Origin: Alphaproteobacteria bacterium
GTDB lineage: Bacteria > Pseudomonadota > Alphaproteobacteria > UBA828
Length of the DNA stretch: 64,000 nt
Assembly (NCBI GenBank): GCA_965237415.1
Contig: CBDEFM010000001.1
Location: forward strand, 576,001 to 640,000
Direction: 5' to 3'
Under the pieces are notes generated by a model. The model did not search any database. It was given only the letters and a program-made list of their open reading frames with translations, and was not told the DNA's origin. The position numbers and the translations under genes were made by a program. Positions 1 through 10,218 of this stretch are shown here, one piece after another (position 1 is the stretch's first letter; every line of letters begins with the position of its first letter).

Positions 1-772
1 CCAGGAGCTTGGCCGCAAGCGGCCCCAGCTCTTCTTCCGGCAGACCGCAATGGCCCTCGTCCATCGCTTCGGTCAGAGCGTAGCCGATGCCGGCGCGGAC
101 CCGGACCATGGCCGTCTTCTCGATCCCCAGCTTCATCGCGATCGCGTCGGCGGTCACGAAGCCGATCCCGCGTATGTCGCGGGCGAGCCGGTACGGATTC
201 TCGGTCATCACCTCCACGGCGTCGGCGCCGTAGGTCCGGAATATCCGCACCGCACGCGCCGTGCCGACGCCATGGCTGTGCAGGAACACCATGATCTCGC
301 GGACCACCTTCTGCTCGGCCCAGGCGTCGGTGATCCGCTTCGCCCGCACCTTGCCGATGCCGGTCACCTCGCGCAGCCGTTCCGGCTCGGCCTCGATGAT
401 GTCGAACACCTTCTCGCCGAACGCACGGATCAGCTTGCGGGCGTAGACCGGGCCGATGCCCCGGATCATGCCCGAACCGAGATACTTCTCGATGCCCTCG
501 ACGGAGGACGGCGCGGCGGTGCGAATGAAGCGCGCCTTGAACTGCTGGCCATGGGTGCGGTCGTTGACCCATTCGCCCGAGGCGGTGATCCATTCTCCCG
601 GCGCCACCATGGCGGCATGGCCAACCACGGTGACCAGGTCGCGATGGCCCCGCGCCCTGGTCCGCAGCACGCAGAAGCCGTTCTCGGGATTGTGGAAGGT
701 GACGCGCTCGACCAGCCCGGCCAGGACCTCCCGGTCCGCAGAGTCAGGTTGCCGGCCGGCGCCGGGTTTCAC
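1..772 (-). CDS. recD2: ATP-dependent RecD2-like helicase, 5' part (runs off the window start)
   Basis: Manual minus-strand translation from GTG 772: EVLAGLVERVTFHNPENGFCVLR...GIEKYLGSGMIRGIGPVYA...NPYRLARDIRGIGF, the typical RecD2 N-terminus. GTGA overlap with the upstream stop. Confidence 0.88.
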   Translation of the reverse strand, partial: MKPGAGRQPDSADREVLAGLVERVTFHNPENGFCVLRTRARGHRDLVTVVGHAAMVAPGEWITASGEWVNDRTHGQQFKARFIRTAAPSSVEGIEKYLGSGMIRGIGPVYARKLIRAFGEKVFDIIEAEPERLREVTGIGKVRAKRITDAWAEQKVVREIMVFLHSHGVGTARAVRIFRTYGADAVEVMTENPYRLARDIRGIGFVTADAIAMKLGIEKTAMVRVRAGIGYALTEAMDEGHCGLPEEELGPLAAKLL

Positions 773-1155
773 GACGTGCCGAGCGCCGGAGCGGCGAGCA
801 GCTCCTTGACGAACTCGAAGCGCCGCGCCTTGGCGGCCGAGGCGGCAAGGTCATCCAACTCCGGATCGTAGACGTCCATCGCATCCATGTCGCGCTGGAC
901 ACGCTCACGCTCGATCCGCGCCAGGTGCTCCTCGACTTCCTCGGGCGTGAACATGCGTCTGAGCTCCGAGACGAACTGCGGCAGTGCCCGCGCGAACTCG
1001 GGATGCTCCTCCGCCGCCTCCGCGAAGGTGAGCAGCTTCTCGCCGACCACGTAGTCGAAGGCCGACCCGACGCCGTATTGGAGCCGGATGGACTCGGCCG
1101 CCTCGCACTGCTCGATCCAGATATCCTGCCAGCGGCGTTCGGTTGTCTGCTCCAT
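769..1155 (-). CDS. hypothetical protein (128 aa), translationally coupled to recD2
   Basis: AAGGAG RBS upstream, protein-like acidic/helical composition, 4-bp overlap with the recD2 start. Confidence 0.75.
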   Translation of the reverse strand: MEQTTERRWQDIWIEQCEAAESIRLQYGVGSAFDYVVGEKLLTFAEAAEEHPEFARALPQFVSELRRMFTPEEVEEHLARIERERVQRDMDAMDVYDPELDDLAASAAKARRFEFVKELLAAPALGTS

Positions 1156-1194
1156 TCCCGATCTCCTTGTCCCCGCGACACCCCGCTGCCGCGT

Positions 1195-1845
1195 TCATGT
1201 GCCGGCGGGCGAGCCCGGCCGGCCCGCCCCGAACAGCGCATCGATATCCTCATCCGTCAGCGCCAGCGGGCCCTTGCCCGTTCCTTCGAACAGGGCGTCC
1301 GCCAGAGACTGCTTGCGCGCCTGCATCCGCTGGATGGCGGCCTCGACGGTATTCTCCGCGATCAGCCGGTGGACGAATACCGGCTTGTCCTGGCCGATCC
1401 GGTGCGCCCGGTCCATGGCCTGGCGTTCCACCGCCGGGTTCCACCAGGGATCGTAGACGATGACGGTATCGGCGGCGGTCAGGTTGAGGCCCGTGCCGCC
1501 GGTCTTCAGGCTGACCAGGAACAGCGGCAGGTCGCCGGACTGGAATGCCTCGACCTGGGCGTCGCGGTCCTTCGTTGCCCCGTGCAGCATGGCGTAGCCC
1601 CAGCCGCGCTCGGCAACGTCGCGTTCGACCAGTCTCAGCATCGTCACGAACTGGGAGAACACCAGAACCTTCCGGCCCTCGGCGACCAGTTCCTCCAGCA
1701 GCGCCATGAGGCGCGCCCGCTTGGCGCTCACCGTGACCTTGCGGGCCGCGTCGAGCTTGACCAGACCCGGATCGCAGCAGACCTGGCGCAGCTTGAGCAG
1801 CGCGTCGAAGATCGCGATGCGGGACCCCGCCAGACCTTTCGCGGC
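1195..1845 (-). pseudogene. SNF2-family helicase, C-terminal fragment
   Basis: LLKLRQVCCDP, KVLVFSQF, LVSLKTGGTGLNLTAAD and DPWWNPAVERQAMDRAHRIGQ motifs. The ATPase N-lobe is missing and the fragment abuts relaxase sequence at ~1845. Confidence 0.88.
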
Positions 1846-2411
1846 CCCTCGTTGGCCATGGTCCGCCACTTTCCATCGCCGCCCCTGACCATGTTGGCGA
1901 GCACGGCATGGGTATGGAGCTGCGGGTCGAGATTGCGCGAGGTGTCGTGGCGGAAGGTGGCGGCGACGATCTCCTGGCCGCCGACCCGGACCATCTTCCC
2001 GGTCTCCTTGTCCTGCATCCGGGTCTCGGCGGCGTTCTTCTCGATCCAGCCGAGGGTTGCCTTCACGGCGCGGTCGTGGGCCTCGACGATGCGCGCATCG
2101 CCGCCCACCAGCGCGGCGAGCGAGACCGATTTCGGGGCCGAGAAGGTGAGGTCGCGGCCGGGACGGTGCGCGATCTCCCCGTCCTTGCCGCGGCGCCCGA
2201 GCCGTTGCCCCGACCCGTCGGGCACCTGGCCTTCGAGCACCCCCCGGAACACCTCGGCATCGACCGGGCCGTCGAGCCCGAGCTCGGCCGCGCCCTTGCC
2301 GGCCCAGGCGCTGGCGGCGCGGTGATCGGGATCGTCCTTCTCGTAATAGCCGTCGCGTTCGTAGTAGCTTGCGCCCTGGGCCGCCGAGGAAAGCGCCCCG
2401 ATCGAGAGCAT
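1845..2411 (-). pseudogene. trwC: MOB-F (TrwC/TraI) relaxase, N-terminal fragment
   Basis: MLSIG...SYYERDGYY catalytic tyrosines, DLTFSAPKSVS, HDTSRNLDPQLHTH (HUH). Truncated after WRTMANEG. Confidence 0.9.
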
Positions 2412-2412
2412 C

Positions 2413-3933
2413 TCAGCCCCAGTCCTGCGCCGCCTGCGGCTCCGCATCGTCCGTCTGCGAGGCCGAACCGGTCGCCGGACCGCCGCCGCGTTGCCGTTCC
2501 ACGCCGGCGGCGGGCGTTTCGCCCGAGCCGGAGGTCTTCTCCGCGGCGGCGTCCGCTTCGTCCGTTCGCCCCTTATCGGCGTCGTCCGGCGCAGTTTCCG
2601 GCGTCGCCGCCACCAAAGGCTCCGGCGCCATGTCGCTGTCTTCCGGCGGCCAGAATTCCAGCTCGCCCTGCGGGTCCGGCATCTCTGCCGCATCGTCCGC
2701 CGCCGGCTCCGGCGGAGCGCCATCCTCGCCCGCGGTTTCCGGCGCGGCACCGGCGGTTTGGGTGTCCCCCCGCGCCTTGAACCGTTCCGCCGCCGCCGGC
2801 CGTTTGACGTATTTGAGCCGGATCGAGGCGACCGGGAAGGGGCCGGGGAACTTGAGATAGCCGGAGAGGTTGGGCAGGCGCATGATCTCCGAGGGCAGCG
2901 CCAGCGCGCGCAATTCGCGCTTCGGCGTGAGCGAGACGCCGTCGCGGATGGTGTTGGCGCCGTAGGAGTAGCCCTCGGCGACCTCCTCGACCTCGCTGCG
3001 CCCGAGGCTGTCGGCCGACCATTGCGCGGTGTCGCGGTCGGGGGCGGCCAGCACCACGCGGGTGCCGCACAAGCCCGAGATGGTCTCGGCGCCGTTGCGC
3101 CCGTAGAGGTCGCGCAAGGCGGACGCGACCTGGACGCCGAGCACGAAGCAGCCGCCGAACTGGCGCGATTCGGCGAGGCCGGGCTGCAGCGACGGCACCT
3201 GGTGCAGGGTCGGGAGCTCGTCGAGGATGACCCAGATGCGCCGCCCGTCGTCCTGGGGCAGCGACAGCATGGCGTTGACCGCGATCTCGAGCCAGGTCGA
3301 GATCAGGCCGCGCAGGGATGCATGCTGGTCGCCGCGCGAGGTCAGGAACAGGAAGCTTCCACTGTTTCGGGCGCCGTCCTCCCGTGAGATCCACTCCCTG
3401 ATGGAAAAGGGTTGTCCGGTGTCGGGCAGGAACTCCAGCGCGGAGAGATGCGCGGTCAGCATGGCCCGCACCGACAGCGCGGTCCTGGGGTTCTCCGGAT
3501 CCACGATCGACTGCGCCACCGTGCCCTCCATCGCCTCGGCCAGCGCCGTGAGCTCGGTCTTGAGGAGATGGTCGACCAGGACCTTGTTTTCCGTGACGCC
3601 GCGTTCCCAGAGCACGCCGGCGCCGTTCGAGAACAGTTGCCTTGCCGCCGTCACCCAGAACGGATCGACGGTGTCCTTCTGCTGCGGGATCAGCGCCGCC
3701 GCCATCATGTCGAAGTCGCGCGGGTTGCGGGCCTCGTAGAAGGGCGACCAGCGCGGCGCCCTGGCGTCGAGCGGGTTCATCAGCACGTCGCGGTCCGGAT
3801 CGAAGAACGACCGGGTGTAGCTCCCCATCTTGTCGTAGATGACGCCGCGCTCGCCGCGCGCGCGGACCTGGGCCACCAGGTCGGCGATCAGCACCGTCTT
3901 GCCCGAACCCGTGGTGCCCGAGACGATGGTGTG
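2413..3933 (-). pseudogene. trwB: type IV coupling protein (TrwB/TraD), lacking N-terminal TM region
   Basis: Walker A HTIVSGTTGSGKT at the 5' edge, LDELPTL Walker B, ESRQFGGCFVLGVQ. Sequence turns abruptly AT-rich at 3934. Lies directly upstream of trwC. Confidence 0.87.
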
Positions 3934-4280
3934 AAAACTTTAATTATGATATTCGGTACATTGAGGCTGATGTAGGGTTGCAGGTTTCTCCTGTAAGAGG
4001 GTTATAATACAGTGGCTTAGGGTTGTTGTCAAGGACGGGTGGGGATGGTTGGAACGACATAGAATTTGATTGTGTGTCATTGAGGAGTTGCATTCGGGGA
4101 TGTGGGTGTGGAGGCTGGGGTGGGACATCAGAATGATCTTGATAGCGAGATAGATGGGTTCTGTACGTAACCTATAAGTGATGCGAGTCATCTGGTCATG
4201 AGGATTTTCTTGGGAGATTTTATAATTTCGATTCCCTAAATTGGTCTGGTGTGTCATAGTTGATGCAGGCTTTTTCAGAC
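3934..4280. promoter_or_regulatory. AT-rich intergenic segment, candidate promoter/oriT region of the RHH-relaxase unit
   Basis: Sharp drop in GC relative to the flanks; immediately upstream of three RHH genes and a relaxase. No nic site confirmed. Confidence 0.35.
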
Positions 4281-4282
4281 GG

Positions 4283-4654
4283 ATGGCGACCATGAAGGAG
4301 GATGCCAGCGGGCGGCGACAGCGTGCCGTGATGGCGACCGATGCGGAGTGGGAACGGATCGGCCGGGCGGCTGCGGAGAGCGGCATGGACCTGTCGCGCT
4401 TCGTGGTCCATCGCGCCCTGGATCGGGACCCTCTACCGCCGGAGGTCCTGCGCCGGGCTGTTCGCGAGATGCTGGTGCTGGCCAGGCTGGAGGAGAGGCG
4501 GCTGCGCGGGGCCGGCGCGGGCGAGGCCTGGGAGGACGCCTGCGACGCGGTTGACGAATGGATCGAGCGGGAGGGCATGCTGGAGGGGCTGACCGATCCC
4601 GGCGCGGCGAACCGCTGGAAGGCGGTGGGGCCGGCTGGGGAGGGCGAGCCGTGA
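4283..4654 (+). CDS. ribbon-helix-helix (MobC/TrwA-like) protein 1
   Basis: RQRAVMATDAEWERIGRAAAESGMDLSRFVVHRAL fits the RHH pattern; relaxase context. Confidence 0.7.
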   Translation: MATMKEDASGRRQRAVMATDAEWERIGRAAAESGMDLSRFVVHRALDRDPLPPEVLRRAVREMLVLARLEERRLRGAGAGEAWEDACDAVDEWIEREGMLEGLTDPGAANRWKAVGPAGEGEP

Positions 4655-4962
4655 CGGAGGAGGCGGGGCGGCCCGGCAGGCGGCAGCGGAGCCTGCACTG
4701 CAAGCCTGCGGAGCAGGCGATGATCCGGGAGCGCGCGGCGGCGGCGGGCAAGACCGTGTCGCGCTATGTGATGGAGCTTGCGCTCGCCGACGATCCGGAC
4801 CGTCATCCCCTGGTGCTGTCGGAAGAGGAACAGGCTGAGTTGCGGGATGGGGTGCGGGAGTTGCAGGCATTCGTGCTGGCTCTCCGGCGCGAGCTTCCGG
4901 GCGGCAGCGGGCTGAGCCTGCTGAGCGCGGTCTCTGTGATTGCACGGGTGCGGGCGCCGTGA
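4651..4962 (+). CDS. ribbon-helix-helix (MobC-like) protein 2
   Basis: GTG start overlapping the previous TGA; RQRSLHCKPAEQAMIRERAAAAGKTVSRYVMELAL. Confidence 0.7.
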   Translation: MTEEAGRPGRRQRSLHCKPAEQAMIRERAAAAGKTVSRYVMELALADDPDRHPLVLSEEEQAELRDGVRELQAFVLALRRELPGGSGLSLLSAVSVIARVRAP

Positions 4963-5459
4963 GACGGAAGCGGCGCCGCCGGAAGGTGGGCAAGCACATC
5001 TCGCTCTCGGCGACGGACGCGGATTGGGAGATCGTTCGCCGCAACGCAAAGCGGCGCGGCCTGTCGATCGCGCGCTACCTTGTAGAGCTGGTGGAGCGGG
5101 ACGCTTCGGAAGAGGACGCCGGTCCTGAGCTGGCGTTCGCAAGGGAAGAGCAGCGGGAGCTGCTGGAGGCGGTGCGCGAGGTTCGCGCGCTGATGCTGGA
5201 GGGGGAGGATGCGGGTCCCCTGGTGCGCGACATGCAGGAGCGGATCGCGGTGATGTTCGCCGCCTGGGCATCTGCGATGGCCGGGTCGGGCCGCTCGGAA
5301 GAGCTGTGCGCGGCGCTCGCCTCGGTGGTGGGCGAGGAACGGGCGCGCATCGCTGCGGCCTCGGTCATGGCCTCGGTCGTGCCGTCTGCCGCGAAGCGGG
5401 CGAAGGTTCCGCAGGCCGGCGATGGGAAGACGCACCCCCGCCAGGACCGGCTGCTGTGA
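4959..5459 (+). CDS. ribbon-helix-helix protein 3
   Basis: GTGA overlap; KHISLSATDADWEIVRRNAKRRGLSIARYLVELVE. Confidence 0.7.
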   Translation: MRRKRRRRKVGKHISLSATDADWEIVRRNAKRRGLSIARYLVELVERDASEEDAGPELAFAREEQRELLEAVREVRALMLEGEDAGPLVRDMQERIAVMFAAWASAMAGSGRSEELCAALASVVGEERARIAAASVMASVVPSAAKRAKVPQAGDGKTHPRQDRLL

Positions 5460-5528
5460 GGCAGGCGCCGTCTCCGCCGCCGACCCCGGTGAGGTGCAGG
5501 AGGTCGTCCACGCGAGGAGAGAGGCAAC

Positions 5529-6161
5529 GTGACTGCGGAGCGCGACGGCAAGAGTAGACGGACGGACCAGCCGGACCTCCTGGCGAGCCTGCCGGACGAG
5601 CGTCCGCCCGCTTCGCAGCCGGCACCCGGTATCGATCCGGCCGCGATCGAGGAATTGGTAACCGGGGTGCGGGACATCCGCGAGCAATTTGCCGGACTGA
5701 GGGAAGCGGAGGCCGCCGACCGGCCTGCGCCAGTGCCTGCGGCACTGACGCCGGAGGCGCTTGAGGCCTGGGGCGACAAGCTCGTGGCCCGTGTCGCCGA
5801 GGCCGCGCGGACCGCGGACGCGCCGGGGGACAACGCGGCGGCAACTCGTATCAAAAGGATTGAGGACGCGGCGGCGAAGGCGGAAGCGGCGGCAGAGCGC
5901 ATCGATGGGGGACTGGAAAGCACTGCGGACCGGGTTGTGGCCGAGATCGAGGGGGCCGTCACCACGATGAACGAGAGCCTCGCGAAGACGCGAGCCCAAG
6001 TCATCCAGCAGTCCCGTCAGGCCGATCCGATTCTCGAAGTCATCAAGACACGCGTGGCCGGGCCGAGGTACGGCTGGCGGACGGTCTTCGTGTGCTTGAT
6101 CGTCTTCGTCGCGGGCATGTTGCTCGAGAGCTACATACACTTGTTCTACCGATGGCTGTGA
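5529..6161 (+). CDS. hypothetical coiled-coil protein with C-terminal transmembrane helix
   Basis: GAGG RBS, Ala/Glu-rich helical body, C-terminal TVFVCLIVFVAGMLLESYIHLFY. Confidence 0.7.
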   Translation: MTAERDGKSRRTDQPDLLASLPDERPPASQPAPGIDPAAIEELVTGVRDIREQFAGLREAEAADRPAPVPAALTPEALEAWGDKLVARVAEAARTADAPGDNAAATRIKRIEDAAAKAEAAAERIDGGLESTADRVVAEIEGAVTTMNESLAKTRAQVIQQSRQADPILEVIKTRVAGPRYGWRTVFVCLIVFVAGMLLESYIHLFYRWL

Positions 6162-6236
6162 GCCCGTTGAGCCGGCGGCGTTCCCCCTCTCTGCCTCTGC
6201 CGCTCACCGGCGCGGCCTTATCCGAGGCCTGAGCCG

Positions 6237-6983
6237 ATGACAGCCACGGTCGTGGTGGTTCGTTCGTCCGGCAAGGCGGTGATCTATTACGAGCGCGACG
6301 GCTACTACCTCAAGAACGACCCCGAGCACCGCCAGGCGAGTTTTTGGTACGGGGATGCGGCGAAGGCGCTGGGGCTCAGGGCCCACGTGCATCCATCGCG
6401 CTTCGAAGCGGTGCTGTCGGGATACGTGCCCGGGACGGATCTGCGTCTCGGCCGGATGCGCGAGGGGCAGCACGAGCACCGGCCCGGCTGGGACATCACC
6501 CTGTCGGCGCCGAAGTCGGTGTCGCTGGAGGCGCTGGTGATGGGCGACCGCCGCGTGATCCGGGCTCACGACGAGGCGGTGCGCGCGACGCTCGACTTCG
6601 TGGAGGCGGAGCTTCTGCAGACCCGGGGCTGGGACCCGGCGACCCGCCGCCGCCCCCGGGTGAGCGCGAATGGCATGGTGGTGGCGGGGTTCCGGCATCT
6701 GGCGAGCCGCGACCAGGACCCGCAGCTGCACACCCACTGCGTGCTGGCCAACATGACGCGCACTGCCTCGGGCGAATGGCGGAGCGTGGAGCCGACGAAG
6801 ATCCGCCGCAGCCAGAAGCTGATCGGAGCGTATTACCGGAACGAGCTGGCGCGGCGCCTCCAGGCGCTCGGCATGGCGGTGGCGCCGCGCATGGTGGGGC
6901 CGGTACCGGGGTTCGAGCTTGCGGGTTACGAGCGCTCGTTCATCGATGCCTTCTCGGGCCGGCGCCGGGCGATCCTGGAATAT
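6237..6983 (+). pseudogene. trwC: second MOB-F relaxase domain, 3' truncated
   Basis: YYERDGYY, DITLSAPKSVS, HLASRDQDPQLHTH, FSGRRRAILEY, followed by unrelated sequence. No helicase domain follows. Confidence 0.88.
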
Positions 6984-7053
6984 CGCCCGCGTGGCAGCCA
7001 GACGAATCAACGGCTTGAGCTGTCAACGCGGCATATTCTGAATGTCGGCATAT

Positions 7054-7085
7054 TTGCCGCAATGCCGAAATCGGCATTGCGGTAA
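7054..7085. promoter_or_regulatory. palindrome, possible operator or hairpin
   Basis: CCGCAATGCCGA-AA-TCGGCATTGCGG: 12-bp perfect arms, extendable through one mismatch. Confidence 0.5.
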
Positions 7086-7319
7086 CGACCCCTCCTACCC
7101 GGCCCGGCAGGGCTTCGTGATTCTGGAGCGGTCAGAGATCGACGACGACCGAGGACACCGATGCCCGCGATGTTGAAACAGGGCGCTTGCGGTACGATGA
7201 CGGCGCCCGCGCCCGTAGGTTCGCGTGCCGATAAGAAGTCAAGCCAGGCTAAAGGGTTGACGCGAGCCCGCCGCCCCCGCTACCGGCAAGATGGCGAAAC
7301 AAGCAGAAACATGCGCATA

Positions 7320-7417
7320 GCAGGGCGATCGGCCTCCGGGCGGGGCGCTGCGGTGGCCCTGGCATATGCGAGCCAGACGCCGGAGTCGCGCCGGTTCGGG
7401 TCGACGCCGCGGTGGTT
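7320..7417 (-). pseudogene. internal remnant of a GcvA-like LysR paralog
   Basis: NHRGVDPNRRDSGVWLAYA matches NHRGVDPARRDFDAWLAYS (11597-12544) and NHRGVDPDRRDFDVWLAYA (21819-22751). Confidence 0.7.
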
Positions 7418-7500
7418 ACCGGCATCATCGATGCGATTCCGGACGCGGGCCGGGATGAGCCGCGCAAGCAGGGTCAAATCCTGTCGCGGCTCGTCGAACG
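7416..7500 (+). pseudogene. degenerate IS21 istA fragment
   Basis: TGIIDAIPDAGRDEPRKQ resembles the IstA FTGIIDAILEADR..PRKQ motif and the FTGIIDA seen at ~20890. Confidence 0.55.
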
Positions 7501-7705
7501 CGTCGCTTCGGGCCAGGTGTCGGGCAGATCAGGGCCGGCGCGTGGTCGACAAGCTCCCGGCCTTCGCCTATGTGATGCCGGTTCGCACCGTGGCGAGCAC
7601 TGGGCCGGATGTCGTCACGGGCAAGCGGCGCAACATGCGTATCCCGGCCGGGGCGGTGTGCGGCCCGGGAGGTCCCGGGTACCGATGCGAGCGAGGAGGC
7701 TGCCG

Positions 7706-8782
7706 ATGAGCCGCGCGATGAAGGCGATGGTGCTCACCGGTCACGGCGGCCTCGACCGGTACGAATGGCGCGAGGACTGGCCCGTGCCGGTGCCCGGACC
7801 GATGGAGGTGCTGATCGCGGTCGGCGCCTGCGGGCTGAACAACACCGACGTCAATACCCGCACCGGCTGGTATTCCCGGACCGTGACGGACGCCACGACC
7901 GGCGACGCCCGCGCCGGGCTCGATGCCGGCGACGCCGGCTGGGGCGGCCGGCGCATCCGCTTCCCGCGCATCCAGGGCGCGGATGTCGTGGGCAATGTGG
8001 TCGCCGTGGGCGAGGGCGCCGATTCCGGCCTGGTCGGCAAGCGGGTCATGGTCGACGGCTGGCAGCGCGACCGGTCGGACCCGGAAAACCTGGACAAGGC
8101 GGGCTATTTCGGATCGGAGATCGACGGCGGCTTCGCCGAGTACACCAAGTGCGACATGCGCAACCTGGCGGTCGTCGAGTGCAACTTGAGCGACGCCGAG
8201 CTTGCGACCTTCTCCTGCTCCTACACCACGGCCGAAGGCATGCTGAACCGCGCGCGCGTGGGAGCGGGAGACACCGTGCTGGTTCCCGGCGCGTCGGGCG
8301 GAGTGGGGGGCGCGCTGGTCCAGCTCGCGAAACGCCGCGGCGCGCGGGCGATCGCCATGGCGTCCGAGGCCAAGCACGCCGAGGTGGCAAGGCTCGACCC
8401 CGACCGGATCCTGCCGCGTGCGCCCGGGGATTTGCGCGGGGCGTTGGAGGGCGAGACGGTCACGGTCGTCGCCGATGTCGTCGGCGGGCCCGGCTGGCCG
8501 GCGCTGATCGACATCCTCGCGCGCGGCGGGCGCTACACCTGCTCCGGCGCCATCGCCGGGCCCACGGTCGCGCTCGACCTGCGCAGCCTCTATCTGCGCG
8601 ACCTCACCTTCACCGGCTCCACCGTGGTGCCGGGCCATGTCTTCCGGGATGTCGTGGGCTACATCGAGCGGGGGGAGGTCAGGCCGGTGCTGGCGGCGAC
8701 CTGGCCGCTCTCCGAGCTGCGCGCCGCCCAACGGGCGTTCATCGACAAGCGCCACGTCGGGAACATCGTGGTCGTGCCGTGA
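7706..8782 (+). CDS. MDR superfamily alcohol dehydrogenase/quinone oxidoreductase-like protein
   Basis: AGGAGG RBS; MKAMVLTGHGG, CGLNNTD, PRIQGADVVG, GASGGVG NAD(P)-binding motif, GNIVVVP end. Confidence 0.9.
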   Translation: MSRAMKAMVLTGHGGLDRYEWREDWPVPVPGPMEVLIAVGACGLNNTDVNTRTGWYSRTVTDATTGDARAGLDAGDAGWGGRRIRFPRIQGADVVGNVVAVGEGADSGLVGKRVMVDGWQRDRSDPENLDKAGYFGSEIDGGFAEYTKCDMRNLAVVECNLSDAELATFSCSYTTAEGMLNRARVGAGDTVLVPGASGGVGGALVQLAKRRGARAIAMASEAKHAEVARLDPDRILPRAPGDLRGALEGETVTVVADVVGGPGWPALIDILARGGRYTCSGAIAGPTVALDLRSLYLRDLTFTGSTVVPGHVFRDVVGYIERGEVRPVLAATWPLSELRAAQRAFIDKRHVGNIVVVP

Positions 8783-8857
8783 ACCTGCCCCGGTACCCGC
8801 GAGCAGGAACGCCCTCCAGGCAATATTGAAAGCGCCCAGTTGGACGCGGACGCCGGT

Positions 8858-10039
8858 TCAGGCGGCCAGCCGGTTCGCGATCCACTTGTGGAAGTGGTGG
8901 GTCGGCTCGTCCATGACGCCGGAGAACACACCCCCGAGAAAGGCGGGCGAGCCGCGTCCGCGCTGCATGCCCTCGACCACTCCCTGATCCTCCAGGAAGA
9001 CGTTGCGCCATGCTTCCTGCGTCGCGGCGCGCGCCGCGTCGTGGGCGGGGTCGCCCGCCGTCTCCCCGACATAGTAGATCTGCCAGTGCTCCCTCGTCCG
9101 GTCGGGTGAGAGCGGAAAGAGCACAATGGACCATATGTGGTCGTCGTGAACGCCGAGCAGGAGGTTCGGGAACACGGTGGGGTACTCCGACACCCCTTCC
9201 GGCCAGCCCTCGAAGCGGTGGAATCCGGCGGCGGCCTCGCCCGCGCCCGGTCGGTACAGGTTCGACCCCTGTCCCGCAAACAGGTCGCCGCCGTAGTAGT
9301 GGTAGTGGTCCTGGAGGCGCGATCGGCGGTTGAGGTCCCGGTGCACGAACGGCAGGTGGTAGCTCTCGAGGTTGTTCTCGACAACGAGCTTCCAGTTGCC
9401 GTCGAACTCGAGCTGGAAGCTGCCGTGGGTCGCGGCAGGTCGCATCCGTTCGATCTGGGTCCGGTGCGCAAGCCCGTAGACGCGCTCGGCGAGCGGGGCG
9501 ATGTGCTGCTCGAAGGGAGGCGCGTCGCCGCCCAGGTTCACGAATACGAGATCCAGCCACACCGCCGCGCGTATCGCCTTCAATCCGTGGGCACGGCGGT
9601 CGAAGCTGTCGTTCTCGTGCCGCCCGGGCCCGCCGATGTGCGGAGTGACCAGGAGCTCGCCGTCCAGGGCATAGGTCCATGCGTGGTAAGGGCAGCGGAT
9701 TCGCCCGCGGAAGCGGCAGGGCTCGCCTGCGAGCCGATTGCCGCGGTGGCTGCACACGTTGTGGAAGACGCGCACCCCGCCGGCCTCGTCGCGCAGCATG
9801 AGCAGGGGTTGACCCAGGAGCTCGACCGGGCGCGCATCGCCGGGCGCGGGGATCGTGCAGGCGTGACCGATGCAGGTCCAGGTCGGGGAGAACAGACGAT
9901 CGCGCTCCAGCGCCAGAAATCTCCACGAGGTATAGGCGTCGTTCGGCAGGCCGGCCGCATCGACGGTGGGGCGGTTGATGCGCTCGACCAGTTCGGGACG
10001 GAGGCCGTCCAGGCCGGAAACCGAAGGGATGGACTCCAC
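8858..10039 (-). CDS. Rieske non-heme iron oxygenase alpha subunit (choline monooxygenase/betaine-type)
   Basis: Rieske CSHRG...CPYHAW, NWKLVVENNLESYHLPFVH iron ligands, EDQGVVEGMQRG. GTG start at 10039 after GAGGA. Confidence 0.9.
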   Translation of the reverse strand: MESIPSVSGLDGLRPELVERINRPTVDAAGLPNDAYTSWRFLALERDRLFSPTWTCIGHACTIPAPGDARPVELLGQPLLMLRDEAGGVRVFHNVCSHRGNRLAGEPCRFRGRIRCPYHAWTYALDGELLVTPHIGGPGRHENDSFDRRAHGLKAIRAAVWLDLVFVNLGGDAPPFEQHIAPLAERVYGLAHRTQIERMRPAATHGSFQLEFDGNWKLVVENNLESYHLPFVHRDLNRRSRLQDHYHYYGGDLFAGQGSNLYRPGAGEAAAGFHRFEGWPEGVSEYPTVFPNLLLGVHDDHIWSIVLFPLSPDRTREHWQIYYVGETAGDPAHDAARAATQEAWRNVFLEDQGVVEGMQRGRGSPAFLGGVFSGVMDEPTHHFHKWIANRLAA

Positions 10040-10218
10040 GGCGTGTTCCTCGACCGGGTGAGCGGGCGAAACCGCGCGAGCGAAAGTTCTGCGCTTGCGG
10101 CCGGGTACTCCGCCTTGGCGGAATCGTCCACGACCGTCGATGCGCATCGGACCAACCTCCCGACATGTTGTCAACAAGGACTGTCTTGTCGATTCCTACA
10201 GGGACGATTGGTGAATGC

